From a virus (Duplodnaviria; Caudoviricetes), in IMG/VR virus record IMGVR_UViG_3300037785_000058, positions 1 through 47,616 of that record: DNA of 47,616 nucleotides; one strand, written 5' to 3'. Under the pieces are notes generated by a model that was not told where the DNA came from, did not search any database, and saw only the letters and a program-made list of their open reading frames with translations. Made by a program: the position numbers and the translations under genes. Positions 18,130-26,956 of this stretch are shown piece after piece (the stretch's first letter is position 1; every line of letters begins with the position of its first letter).

Positions 18130-18309
18130 ATGTTCCTCTTTAAGGTGACGTTCACCGATGGAACTATTCGCCATATTCGGGCGTCCACGCCAGCTTCTGC
18201 CGGGTGGTTCCTTCACTATGCAACTCTTTCGGAGCAGGTCTCCAGCGTCGTCGCTGCCGGAATACACGAGGAAGAGGAGCACCAACCATGCTTAATCACA
18301 AGAAAATAG
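18130..18309 (+). CDS. Small hypothetical protein (59 aa; not in the ORF track)
   Basis: MFLFKVTFTDGTIRHIRAS..., downstream of TTGACA-18bp-TTTAGT (18071-18100) with a purine-rich RBS. Confidence 0.5.
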   Translation: MFLFKVTFTDGTIRHIRASTPASAGWFLHYATLSEQVSSVVAAGIHEEEEHQPCLITRK

Positions 18310-18743
18310 TGCCGTACAGCCGGGTGCGCCCCTTGGTAAATGCGTGCCCGGCTGTCCCCGTTTCGAAGGCTCTGAACGTTGCGCCCCGGCGACTCCAGTC
18401 TGTCGCGCGTCGTGTCCCTGTGCGCAACAAAAACGGCTACTACCGGACTCGCCTCCTTTCGTTCTACCAGTATTTCGATCCCACCACTCTCTCGCTCCGG
18501 GATGGCGAAGTGCACCCGACTGATCCGATGTACGTGTATTACGGGGCGCTGGCAGACGCCGCCGTTTCGTTCTTGAATTGCAGCTTTACTCGCACCCTGT
18601 TTGCACAGGAAACCGCGCTGCTGTATCCCGACCTGCCGAAACGCGTGTACGATTATACCCGGCGCAACCGAAATGGGGTCCTCGTGCACCGTCGTCGCTG
18701 CGTAGCCTACCACCTGCCTCACCTCTTCCCACACTGGTACTAG
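18288..18743 (+). CDS. Hypothetical basic protein
   Basis: GAGGAG RBS before ATG 18288. Confidence 0.6.
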   Translation: MLNHKKIVPYSRVRPLVNACPAVPVSKALNVAPRRLQSVARRVPVRNKNGYYRTRLLSFYQYFDPTTLSLRDGEVHPTDPMYVYYGALADAAVSFLNCSFTRTLFAQETALLYPDLPKRVYDYTRRNRNGVLVHRRRCVAYHLPHLFPHWY

Positions 18744-18769
18744 ACGCACTCTCTCTCCTGTGCTATAGT
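18741..18769 (+). promoter_or_regulatory. sigma70-like promoter of the candidate sRNA
   Basis: TAGACG-17bp-TATAGT with an extended TG. Confidence 0.65.
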
Positions 18770-18775
18770 AGGGGT

Positions 18776-18885
18776 CTGGGGCTGCTACACCGTGTTGGCA
18801 GTCTGCCTTCTCTCGCGGCGCTGCTGCCCAGCCGCGACACTAGCCCCGATCGCTTTGCCTGTGTAGCGATCGGGGCTTTTTATTT
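18776..18885 (+). ncRNA. Candidate structured small RNA (about 110 nt)
   Basis: Own promoter, two 7-bp hairpins (18781-18802, 18813-18837), and a 13-bp terminator stem with U tract (18842-18885). No ORF with an RBS. Confidence 0.55.
18842..18885 (+). terminator. Intrinsic terminator
   Basis: AGCCCCGATCGCT-N10-AGCGATCGGGGCT-TTTTATTT. Confidence 0.85.
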
Positions 18886-18898
18886 CTCACGCGATCAC

Positions 18899-18928
18899 TA
18901 GACACGCCGCGCACGCCTGTGCTATAGT
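18899..18928 (+). promoter_or_regulatory. sigma70-like promoter of the primase-helicase
   Basis: TAGACA-18bp-TATAGT with an extended TG. Confidence 0.65.
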
Positions 18929-18954
18929 AGCAGGGCACCACACAGGGCCGAACG

Positions 18955-21366
18955 ATGAACAAACCAACACAGGACGACGTACTTTTTGAACACAAGCGCA
19001 CCACGGTAGAAGTGCTCAAGGCGGCAGGGGCGCTGGCGGTCGCCACCCCGGTCGGACAGAAGGACCCCGGATACAAGCGCTGGGACCCGAAATCCAACGA
19101 CGCCACCAAATCTGAGGTCATCTTTGCAGAGACGCTCTCCAATAGCGACAACATAGGCGTCCATCTTTGCGGCGACATCGTGGATGTGGATGTCGACACG
19201 GACAATCCCGACATGATCGAGGCGCTGGACCACTTCTTGCCTCCGACACCGCATGTATGGGGCAGGGCTTCGCGGCTGCGCACTCACCGGCTCTACCAGT
19301 TGAACGGGATGGAGGCACATTTCGATCCCAGCCTCTACGGGTTCATTGGCAAAATACAGGGCAAACCTGAGATAGCCACGGAGATACGAGGCGGGGAGAA
19401 GAAATCTGGACAGTACAGCATCATGCCGGGGTCCCTCCACCCTTCGGGCGAAGCATACCTATGGGATAACCTAGGGGCTGCCAAGACAACGCTTGCGCAG
19501 ACAAGTATCGAACGCATCGTGAACGGGGTTCGCTTCGCAGCGCTGTGCGCGACCATGAAACCGCACTGGATTGAGGGGCAGCGCAACCAAATGTGCATGG
19601 CGCTGTCGGGTTTCATGCACAGGGCCTCGACTTATGCCGAAGACGGGGCCATGGGGCTCTTCTTCGACAAGGAAGATGCGCTGTCGATTATGCGCTACAT
19701 CGCGGAGCGCTACGACGACGAATCTGATTTCTACATGCGGATCAAGACGTTCGAAAAAACGTGGGATAAGGCAGAGGCTGGGTCCCCGGTGTCTGGCGCT
19801 TCGACGATCAAGGAACTGACGGGCGACCCCGACATCATTGGGCTGCTGTACTCCTTGCTCGTCAACACGGACGAAATGCAGCAGCTGGATGCGGTGTTTG
19901 AGAGGTTCATCCATTATGCGAACACCACGACTTACTTTGACGCCAAGACACGAGGCGACGTGTGGATGCTCGACACGCCATCACTCCGAGCCGAACTCGC
20001 AGGGCACTATCTTACCGCCGCGAACGGAACCAAGGTGAAGCTGGCCGAGGTGTTCCTAGAGTCTTCACGCAAGACCAAGGTGGCGAGGGTGGGACTGAAC
20101 CCCGGAGAAGGAGCAGTCTATCACGAGCACGACGAGGAAGATCTGATCCCGGTGCTCAATCGCTGGAAAGGATGGGCAATCCCGCCGCACCCGGAGCCAG
20201 TTCCGGACTCTGATGTAGAGGTCTTCCGCAACTACGTGTGGGAGGTAATTTGCAGCGAGGACGAGAAAGTATATGAGTGGGTAATGGCGTGGCTGGCGGA
20301 CATCTTCGCTGATCCGACGAACAAACCCGGCACCGCGCTGGTGTTAGTTGGAGAGCCGGGTGCGGGCAAATCTATCCTATTCGAGATGTTCCTCAATCCC
20401 ATCATCGGACGCCGCCACAGCCTCGGGGTGAGCGGGACACAGGAGCTAGCGACGCGTTTCGACGAAATGCACTCGGGTAAACTCGTCATTCTGGGCGAAG
20501 AAGTCACGAACGCGAGACAGATCGCGGTGGCGAACATCCTCAAAGACAGGATCACCCGGAAATACCGGACCTATGAAGAGAAGAACCGCCCCAAGTATGA
20601 AATGGAGAGCCACACACGATATCTGCTGTGCTCTAACCAGATGACGGACGTGGCGCACCTCGACCAAGGCGACAGGCGCTACACGGTAATCGAGGTCAAC
20701 AGCAAATACGCGAGCAAGAACAAGAGCACGTCACAGGAACAGAAGCTTAAGTTCTTTGGCAAGCTGGTCCGCTTCGGGGAGAGCAAGGAGAACCTCGCCA
20801 AGCTGCATCGCTGGTTCGCGGACTACGAGTACGAAAAAAGCATGATAAAGACCAGCTACGACACGGAGGTGAAGAGGCAGAACGTCATATCTTCGCTGGA
20901 CGACACCGCCAAATTCCTAATGAAGATGATCCAGTCCGAGCACCCCCTCGCGGCATTCGCGCACATGGACACCGCGCAAACCGCCACAGCGACGCTGCGT
21001 CCTTCGGGCGGATATCGCTCGCTTGAAACCACGGCTTCGGAGTGGCCAGTCGTCGCGCATATGGATAGCCTCGCGGACATTCATAACTTCTTCCTTGGAA
21101 AGAGGAGCCATGGGCACAAGAACGCGCAGCAGCTGGCTCAATTTTTCCGCGAGAACGGACTGATCGTCGATGACGTGAGCAAACCGAAGACTGTTGATGG
21201 TAAGCGCCGCCGCGTCCTTGAGTTCCCGCGCCGAGAGGCCATCGCGCGATATCTCTACACGAAAGAGTACATCAGCGAGGCGGAGTATGAGGAACAGAAA
21301 CGTTGGGACGTGGACAACATCGAGGACCACAAGCCCGAAGCCAAGGTCAAGGAGGTAGGGTTCTAA
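18955..21366 (+). CDS. Primase-polymerase (AEP) / SF3 helicase, NrS-1-like architecture
   Basis: N-terminal NIGVHL..IVDVDVD, THRLY and IMPGSLHPSGEAYLW. PriCT-like EGQRN. C-terminal Walker A GEPGAGKS and Walker B LVILGEE, plus LLCSN and DRRY. Confidence 0.9.
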   Translation: MNKPTQDDVLFEHKRTTVEVLKAAGALAVATPVGQKDPGYKRWDPKSNDATKSEVIFAETLSNSDNIGVHLCGDIVDVDVDTDNPDMIEALDHFLPPTPHVWGRASRLRTHRLYQLNGMEAHFDPSLYGFIGKIQGKPEIATEIRGGEKKSGQYSIMPGSLHPSGEAYLWDNLGAAKTTLAQTSIERIVNGVRFAALCATMKPHWIEGQRNQMCMALSGFMHRASTYAEDGAMGLFFDKEDALSIMRYIAERYDDESDFYMRIKTFEKTWDKAEAGSPVSGASTIKELTGDPDIIGLLYSLLVNTDEMQQLDAVFERFIHYANTTTYFDAKTRGDVWMLDTPSLRAELAGHYLTAANGTKVKLAEVFLESSRKTKVARVGLNPGEGAVYHEHDEEDLIPVLNRWKGWAIPPHPEPVPDSDVEVFRNYVWEVICSEDEKVYEWVMAWLADIFADPTNKPGTALVLVGEPGAGKSILFEMFLNPIIGRRHSLGVSGTQELATRFDEMHSGKLVILGEEVTNARQIAVANILKDRITRKYRTYEEKNRPKYEMESHTRYLLCSNQMTDVAHLDQGDRRYTVIEVNSKYASKNKSTSQEQKLKFFGKLVRFGESKENLAKLHRWFADYEYEKSMIKTSYDTEVKRQNVISSLDDTAKFLMKMIQSEHPLAAFAHMDTAQTATATLRPSGGYRSLETTASEWPVVAHMDSLADIHNFFLGKRSHGHKNAQQLAQFFRENGLIVDDVSKPKTVDGKRRRVLEFPRREAIARYLYTKEYISEAEYEEQKRWDVDNIEDHKPEAKVKEVGF

Positions 21367-21375
21367 CGGGACATA

Positions 21376-21404
21376 TTGTGCACCGTCGCGCGATGTGATA
21401 TAGT
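21376..21404 (+). promoter_or_regulatory. sigma70-like promoter
   Basis: TTGTGC-17bp-TATAGT; near-duplicate of 22638-22666. Confidence 0.7.
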
Positions 21405-21433
21405 AGTCCTACGATAACACGGGAGACTACGAC

Positions 21434-21658
21434 ATGCTAGAGACGATTAAGTTCCCCACGGACGGACGCCAAGAAGCCTGCGGTTTCCACATTGGACAGC
21501 GGGTCATTGTTATCAACGTCAATGGAGGCGAGGGCACCATCATTGGATTCGGCCCGGCGTGGCACAAAGGGTGCACCGTTAAGGTACAGCTGGATAGTGG
21601 CCGTGGTAACATGGGCACCCATCATTCAGTGGGGTCTCGGTGGGCGAGGGCGCTGTGA
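21434..21658 (+). CDS. Hypothetical protein (KOW/SH3-like)
   Basis: GGGAG RBS; FHIGQRVIV...GEGTIIGF. Confidence 0.6.
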   Translation: MLETIKFPTDGRQEACGFHIGQRVIVINVNGGEGTIIGFGPAWHKGCTVKVQLDSGRGNMGTHHSVGSRWARAL

Positions 21659-21918
21659 TGGGCATTAAGCAGCGCTACCGGATCGCCAAGCACGAATGGG
21701 ACTTCTGGCAGTACCAGCTTCGAATGCAAGGCGGCACTGAGCATGACGTCTATTGCCTGCGCTGCGAATTAGAGTTCGATCGCATGCGCGGCCTCGATAC
21801 CATCGCGCCGACCGACACCGGTCTGTGGCTCATTTGCAAGTGGACAGACTTTTGCCAGACCACCCGGCTCGTTGCCTTCGTCCTGTTCGGGGCATATCAA
21901 GAAGAGTTGGACCTATGA
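21658..21918 (+). CDS. Hypothetical protein
   Basis: TGATG coupling to the upstream gene. Confidence 0.55.
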   Translation: MGIKQRYRIAKHEWDFWQYQLRMQGGTEHDVYCLRCELEFDRMRGLDTIAPTDTGLWLICKWTDFCQTTRLVAFVLFGAYQEELDL

Positions 21919-22343
21919 TGGGCGAGGGAGACTACGACATGGACATCGTTGAGTTCGTCAAGCGCGCCCGCCGCAACGGAGCACGGTTCGAGAATCGCAA
22001 GGCCGTCCGCGCCCTGCGCCCCGTCCACCACACTATCAATGAGCGCGGCGCATACGCTGTGATTTTCACCACTCGTGCCGTGGAGGGAAAGATCGGCGTC
22101 ATCGTGGAGGGCATGGACTGCGACTGCACCCAGTACCGCCGGGAGTTTGTCATGGATGTCCCCGCGTCGCTGATGGCTTTCCAGAGGGCCGAAGACGAGC
22201 ACTACATGTCGCTCGACGGTCCGGAATCTACGACCTACACCGCGCCGAGAAACGTCAATGATGGCTACCGCGCCAGCGCCGACCGGGCGCTCGAAGCTTT
22301 CGAGGAAGGGCGCCCCGGCACCGTTTATTGGGGGAGCCTCTGA
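21915..22343 (+). CDS. Hypothetical protein
   Basis: ATGA coupling; contains GMDCDC. Confidence 0.65.
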   Translation: MMGEGDYDMDIVEFVKRARRNGARFENRKAVRALRPVHHTINERGAYAVIFTTRAVEGKIGVIVEGMDCDCTQYRREFVMDVPASLMAFQRAEDEHYMSLDGPESTTYTAPRNVNDGYRASADRALEAFEEGRPGTVYWGSL

Positions 22344-22540
22344 TGGATATCACCCGATATTGGGTTCGACACAAGGCTGCCACGAGTGCTATGAGCACTG
22401 GATTCACCGATCTGGACGAGGCCAAAAAACACGCTGAATGGATGGCCAACACCTACGGAGGCGTGGCGCAAGTTACGTCCAACGACCTCGCTTTCAGAGG
22501 GCTGGCCTTTAGCGCCGCCCGAGGCTGGAGGGGGCAATGA
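22343..22540 (+). CDS. Hypothetical protein
   Basis: TGATG coupling and GGGGAG RBS. Confidence 0.55.
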   Translation: MDITRYWVRHKAATSAMSTGFTDLDEAKKHAEWMANTYGGVAQVTSNDLAFRGLAFSAARGWRGQ

Positions 22541-22637
22541 AGCGCCTCACGCCCGAGATGGTCTTTTCAACGGACAGGCGCGCCTGTAACTTCCATGCGG
22601 TATGGGGGCGGGTGGCTTAGCTTTCTGACGAGACATA

Positions 22638-22666
22638 TTGTACGCTACCGCGCGATGTGATATAGT
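22638..22666 (+). promoter_or_regulatory. sigma70-like promoter
   Basis: TTGTAC-17bp-TATAGT. Confidence 0.7.
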
Positions 22667-22706
22667 GGTGATAGGGCAGGACAGCCCGTCACATAGGAGA
22701 CACCCA

Positions 22707-23867
22707 ATGCCAGTTTACTTCGCGAACGTTGAACCGATCGACATGGACGTGATCCGCGTCATGGGCGTGTCGGTAAAGAGCAAGACCGACGCCATCGGTT
22801 ATTTCGGCACCGGTCTCAAGTATGCCATTGCCACGCTGCTCCGCACTGGACACACGATCATCATGGAGCGCGACGGCGAGGAATTCGTCTTCACTGCCCG
22901 CGAGGTCGAAATCCGGGGTGAGACGAAGCTTCGCGTTTTCATGAATGAGGAGGCGCTCGCCTTCACCGTTGATCTGGGGCGCAATTGGGAAGTGTGGCAG
23001 GCGTATCGCGAACTTTATAGTAATGTTCTCGATGAAGATGGGGTGATCTGCGATCGCATTAAGAATGTCCCGGAGAACAGCGGCACTGTGATCAAGGTGA
23101 ACGGACCCACTATCGATGTCGTGCACGCCGATCGCCACCAAATTTTTATTCAGACCGATCCGATTCTCTCGACGCAGAGTATTGAGGTACACGAAGGGCC
23201 GAGCAACTACCTGTTTTATCGCGGAGTGCGTGTGGCGAAGGTTCCCGGTGGGACCACGCACACGTACAACTTCACGCGGCAAATGGAGCTGACCGAAGAT
23301 CGGACGATCAAGAGCATGTTCGATGCCCAGTATGTTCTCGGGCGCGAACTGCCCCAGATCGATGACGAGAAGTTCCACAGGGAACTCCTGCAGGGCGGCG
23401 ACGCGTGGGACCAGAGCCTCGAGTTTTCGTACTGCTCCGCGCCGAGCGACGCCTTTTACAAGGTGGCAGAGAAGTACTACAAGGACGCCCGTGCTTCGCG
23501 TTCTGCCCGGTACATGGTCGAGAAGAACAGGCAGGACAAGGCCCAGTTTCCTGCGGCGCAGCTGACCAAGCGTCAGAAGGCGATGCTGGACGAGGCGATG
23601 GGCTTTCTGGAGAAGATGGGTTGCACTGTGGAGCGCGACGAACTGGAGTTTGTGAAGACGTGCGGTGAGAACGTCCTCGGCCTTTACCATCGGGGACGCA
23701 ATCAGATTTACGTCTCGATGCAGTCCTTCGAGTTCGGGATGGAGACAGTCGTCGGTACTATCTACGAGGAATGGCTCCACAAGCACAGGGACCTTAAGGA
23801 CAACAGTCGGCAAATGCAGGACCACCTGCTCCGGGCGCTCGTGGTGTCCTACGTTCAGAGAGACTGA
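22707..23867 (+). CDS. GHKL (HSP90-like) ATPase domain protein with a C-terminal zincin-like domain
   Basis: G-box IGYFGTGLKYA, N-box RELYSNVLDE, GT motif SGTVIKV, and C-terminal VLGLY...TIYEEWLH. AGGAG RBS. Confidence 0.7.
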   Translation: MPVYFANVEPIDMDVIRVMGVSVKSKTDAIGYFGTGLKYAIATLLRTGHTIIMERDGEEFVFTAREVEIRGETKLRVFMNEEALAFTVDLGRNWEVWQAYRELYSNVLDEDGVICDRIKNVPENSGTVIKVNGPTIDVVHADRHQIFIQTDPILSTQSIEVHEGPSNYLFYRGVRVAKVPGGTTHTYNFTRQMELTEDRTIKSMFDAQYVLGRELPQIDDEKFHRELLQGGDAWDQSLEFSYCSAPSDAFYKVAEKYYKDARASRSARYMVEKNRQDKAQFPAAQLTKRQKAMLDEAMGFLEKMGCTVERDELEFVKTCGENVLGLYHRGRNQIYVSMQSFEFGMETVVGTIYEEWLHKHRDLKDNSRQMQDHLLRALVVSYVQRD

Positions 23868-23888
23868 CGCCCTTTCACACGGGAGGTA

Positions 23889-23917
23889 TGGACACGCAGC
23901 CTCCCGTGTGCTATAGT
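23889..23917 (+). promoter_or_regulatory. sigma70-like promoter overlapped by an 11-bp inverted repeat
   Basis: TGGACA-17bp-TATAGT. CACACGGGAGG (23876-23886) and CCTCCCGTGTG (23900-23910) flank the -35 box. Confidence 0.65.
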
Positions 23918-23968
23918 GGACAAGCAGACACCGTGTGTTATGTCGCACACCAACCCAAGGAGGCTACT

Positions 23969-24481
23969 ATGCCCGACGAAAACGACACCCCCAAGACCGA
24001 GGCGAACTCGATCATCGACCCCAAGTACCGGGATCGCTACAAAGAGCCGGACTGGCTCGGCGAGCAGATCAATGGCGCGTGCTACGAGCAGACCACGAAG
24101 GACGTCGAGGTGCCGATCAAGGACCCCGACACCGGCGAGGATACTGGCAAGACGGAGACGCAGACGAAGACTGTCGGCAAGCCCAAGCTGAACCTCGATT
24201 CCTTCTTCGGCCTGTGCCAGGAAAACAAGATCGACACCGCCGACATGGAGGCGCAGCGCGATCGCAAGAACGCCGCTGGTCGCATTCGGATGACTCTCGG
24301 AAACTCGCTGCGCGCGAATGTGAAGAAGCGGCACGGCCTCTACGTCAACGGAGAATGGGTCGGCGCCCCGGCGGAATACCTCGGTTCGATCGGTGCACCG
24401 GATGAACCGACCGAGACCCGCGACGGCGAGAAGATCAAGCCGCCGGCCCCCGCCTCGGAAGAGACCGCCGACGCCGCGTAA
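23969..24481 (+). CDS. Hypothetical protein, probably highly expressed
   Basis: AAGGAGG RBS, own promoter and terminator, strong codon bias. Confidence 0.8.
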   Translation: MPDENDTPKTEANSIIDPKYRDRYKEPDWLGEQINGACYEQTTKDVEVPIKDPDTGEDTGKTETQTKTVGKPKLNLDSFFGLCQENKIDTADMEAQRDRKNAAGRIRMTLGNSLRANVKKRHGLYVNGEWVGAPAEYLGSIGAPDEPTETRDGEKIKPPAPASEETADAA

Positions 24482-24507
24482 TTCGCGCGCCAGTCGTCGA
24501 TCACAAC

Positions 24508-24543
24508 AGGCCCTGCTTTCCAACGGAGGCAGGGCCTTTTCGT
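24508..24543 (+). terminator. Intrinsic terminator
   Basis: AGGCCCTGCTTTCC-AAC-GGAGGCAGGGCCT-TTTCGT. Confidence 0.75.
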
Positions 24544-24553
24544 ATCTGGTATA

Positions 24554-24582
24554 TTGTACCAGTACCACGGGTGTGGTATAGT
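24554..24582 (+). promoter_or_regulatory. sigma70-like promoter
   Basis: TTGTAC-17bp-TATAGT. Confidence 0.7.
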
Positions 24583-24622
24583 GGGTGTGGGGGACTGACC
24601 CCCACAACACAGGAGAGACACC

Positions 24623-25099
24623 GTGCTGACTGAGAAACAGAAAAAGAGTGCGATCGACAAACTGGCGATGTTCGATGGGACCCCGCCCCACGACGGCCCC
24701 GGCAACCCGTGCAGGGCCGATGGGCATTTTGCTCGCTCGATCGTGGAGGAATTCGGCATGTCTATCTCGGACCTGCGGAAAGCAGTGACGGCGACAAACG
24801 ACGCCGCTACTCGCAATCGCCCCCATGTCGCTCCGGTCTACCTCAGCAAGCTGATCAACGACATCGGAGTCATTCAGACCGCCAAAGTCTTGGGTCTGAC
24901 TCCCGGGGCACTGCGCAAGAATATCAACACGGGCGAGTGTGTCCTCACCACCGAGGTGGCCGCGAAGGGCGTCTATTTCGAGCGCCACAAGAAGGCCGGA
25001 GAGACGAAGATTTTGATTGCTCGGATGCCTGCCGAACACATCGGCACCGCGAAGAAGTTCCTCGCTACGCTGGGGACTGTTATGGAGATTTCGGGATGA
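24623..25099 (+). CDS. Hypothetical protein with an HTH-like segment
   Basis: ACACAGGAG RBS, GTG start; GVIQTAKVLGLTPGALRKNI. Confidence 0.65.
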   Translation: MLTEKQKKSAIDKLAMFDGTPPHDGPGNPCRADGHFARSIVEEFGMSISDLRKAVTATNDAATRNRPHVAPVYLSKLINDIGVIQTAKVLGLTPGALRKNINTGECVLTTEVAAKGVYFERHKKAGETKILIARMPAEHIGTAKKFLATLGTVMEISG

Positions 25100-25482
25100 G
25101 AGAGCACCGCGTATCAGACGAATTCATTGAATTTCTGGGGGACCTCTTGGAAGAGGGGTCCTTCAAGCTACTTAACGTCAGTACGATTCATCATTCGTTT
25201 CGCATGGCGGGTGATGGGAAATACGCGAGCGTTGCACAGGCCGGGGGCTGGCCTGAGTTCGTCCACTACCCGGTGTATGTCGAGAAGTATAATAGAGAGT
25301 ATGCTCGGCTGCCCGGCCATCGGATCACCGCAGCCCGCATGGTACAGTATTTTGTAGACAAGGGCGCACTGGTCAACCCTCGATACAAGTACATCGAGCG
25401 CAAGGGCAACAAAATTCGGTGCCGGTCGTTCCCCACGAAGCTGGCTCTGACAAACTTGGTCCTCAGCGAAAGGAACAAGTAA
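25096..25482 (+). CDS. Hypothetical protein resembling the primase-helicase C-terminal domain
   Basis: ATGA coupling and GGAG RBS; aligns by eye to the end of 18955-21366. Confidence 0.6.
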   Translation: MREHRVSDEFIEFLGDLLEEGSFKLLNVSTIHHSFRMAGDGKYASVAQAGGWPEFVHYPVYVEKYNREYARLPGHRITAARMVQYFVDKGALVNPRYKYIERKGNKIRCRSFPTKLALTNLVLSERNK

Positions 25483-25820
25483 TGGCCAATGGCAGGCAGA
25501 AACACCAGTTGATGGCAGTTCTCGGCAGGAATAAGTGGAAAACCCGAGAGGGCGAAGTTGTTCTGTGGTCCAGTATGGACGTGACGCATCTAAAGAATGC
25601 GGTGCGTATGCTCAAGCGACAGAGCGAACAGAAGGACGAAGAAGCCCTTGCTTGTTTGGGGTACACCGGGGGCGAGTACGCTCAAATGGAGGCGGAGATT
25701 GCCTCCACCAACGCATCGAACGAAGCAGCCCGACTCAAGAGGATGGCACACGAAATGGCCTTGTACGCCGTTCTCCGGGAAGAATATTACTACGTCATGG
25801 AGGGACCGATCAATGGTTAA
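25482..25820 (+). CDS. Hypothetical protein
   Basis: TAATG coupling, AAGGA RBS; WKTREGE...SMDVTHLKNAVRML. Confidence 0.65.
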   Translation: MANGRQKHQLMAVLGRNKWKTREGEVVLWSSMDVTHLKNAVRMLKRQSEQKDEEALACLGYTGGEYAQMEAEIASTNASNEAARLKRMAHEMALYAVLREEYYYVMEGPING

Positions 25821-26121
25821 GAAAGCCCCAATGTGGCACAAGCCCGGCGACGCGGAGCAGGCGCGGAATGTGGAGCAGTTTCGGTCCATGGTCCTGAATC
25901 CTTACAGGATCATGGTCCCTTTTCGGTACCCCAACGTCAAGCTCGCCCCGTGGCACATTCAGGCCAAGGTGAATGGCCACGTAATCAATTTCTGGCCTCA
26001 TCTGCTCAAATGTTACTGCGAGACTATAGAGGGCGGGGCGCGGATCGGAGTGGCAGCAAACATCCGGATGATCGAGTATGCGCTGAACAATCCGCACCAA
26101 GACCCGGTATTGATAGAGTGA
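25813..26121 (+). CDS. Hypothetical protein
   Basis: GGAGG RBS; overlaps the upstream stop. Confidence 0.6.
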   Translation: MVKKAPMWHKPGDAEQARNVEQFRSMVLNPYRIMVPFRYPNVKLAPWHIQAKVNGHVINFWPHLLKCYCETIEGGARIGVAANIRMIEYALNNPHQDPVLIE

Positions 26122-26368
26122 CCGGCCAGTGCCCCGCCCCGGTGCCTGTGCGCCCGCGCACGCTGGTGCTCGTACCACCGTATAGCTGTGCGCTGGTGCA
26201 TATGCTCGCGGTGCGCCTACGCACTCTAGAGCCCATCACATGCCCGGTGCCTGCGCGCCCGCGCACAGGTCCACCTTTCCCGGGCCACGGTAGCGGTGCT
26301 AGGCGGTATGTACATATGGCCCCGCGCGCCGGGGAAAGAGTGCCCTATAGCCCTTCCTACGTAGGGGA

Positions 26369-26397
26369 TTGTGTGCCTGCTCGGCGTGTGGTATGGT
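26369..26397 (+). promoter_or_regulatory. sigma70-like promoter of the replication/Z-DNA operon
   Basis: TTGTGT-17bp-TATGGT. Confidence 0.6.
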
Positions 26398-26434
26398 AGA
26401 GTCAGGTCCGAGAGACCATAACTAGGAGAGAACG

Positions 26435-26956
26435 ATGAGTAGCAAGGAATTCAAGGCCGGATGTGAGCGCATCGAGGCCGTCGCGCCCAAGCTGATCGCC
26501 CAGATCGAAGAACTCGAACGTTGGGTGGACCAAGCCGTCGACGACACCACCATCGACATGAGCGAAGTCGCCCGCGCGTTCTTCTATGCCCGCACCGCGC
26601 ACGAGGTGATGGATGCCGTGGCGAAGCGGCTCTACCACGTCAAGAACCACCTCGACAAATCCGTTCTGCCCGCGCGCATGGAAGCGAATGACACCGACAT
26701 GGTGCGCCTACCCGATGTCGGCCACAGCTTCTCGGTGCAGAGCAAGATGTCTGCGTCGCTGATCAACAAAGAGGCCGGGTTCGAGTGGCTCCGGAGCATC
26801 GGGCAGGGTGATATCATCCAAGAGACGGTGAACGCGTCGACCCTTTCGGCGTTCGTTCGGAGCCAGATTCTCGAAGAGGGGGTCGATCCACCCGAAGATG
26901 TGGTGCGGGTCAACACCTACAAGACCATCTCCGTTCGGAAGTATAACCCGAAATGA
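26435..26956 (+). CDS. Conserved phage replication-module protein
   Basis: AGGAG RBS; FEWLRSIGQGDIIQETVNASTLSAFVR motif typical of genes in front of the SSB in polA phages. Confidence 0.7.
   Translation: MSSKEFKAGCERIEAVAPKLIAQIEELERWVDQAVDDTTIDMSEVARAFFYARTAHEVMDAVAKRLYHVKNHLDKSVLPARMEANDTDMVRLPDVGHSFSVQSKMSASLINKEAGFEWLRSIGQGDIIQETVNASTLSAFVRSQILEEGVDPPEDVVRVNTYKTISVRKYNPK

Noticed and set aside
22540-22637. Third hammerhead at CTGACGA (22625)
   Set aside because: No GAAA core partner or compatible stems nearby.
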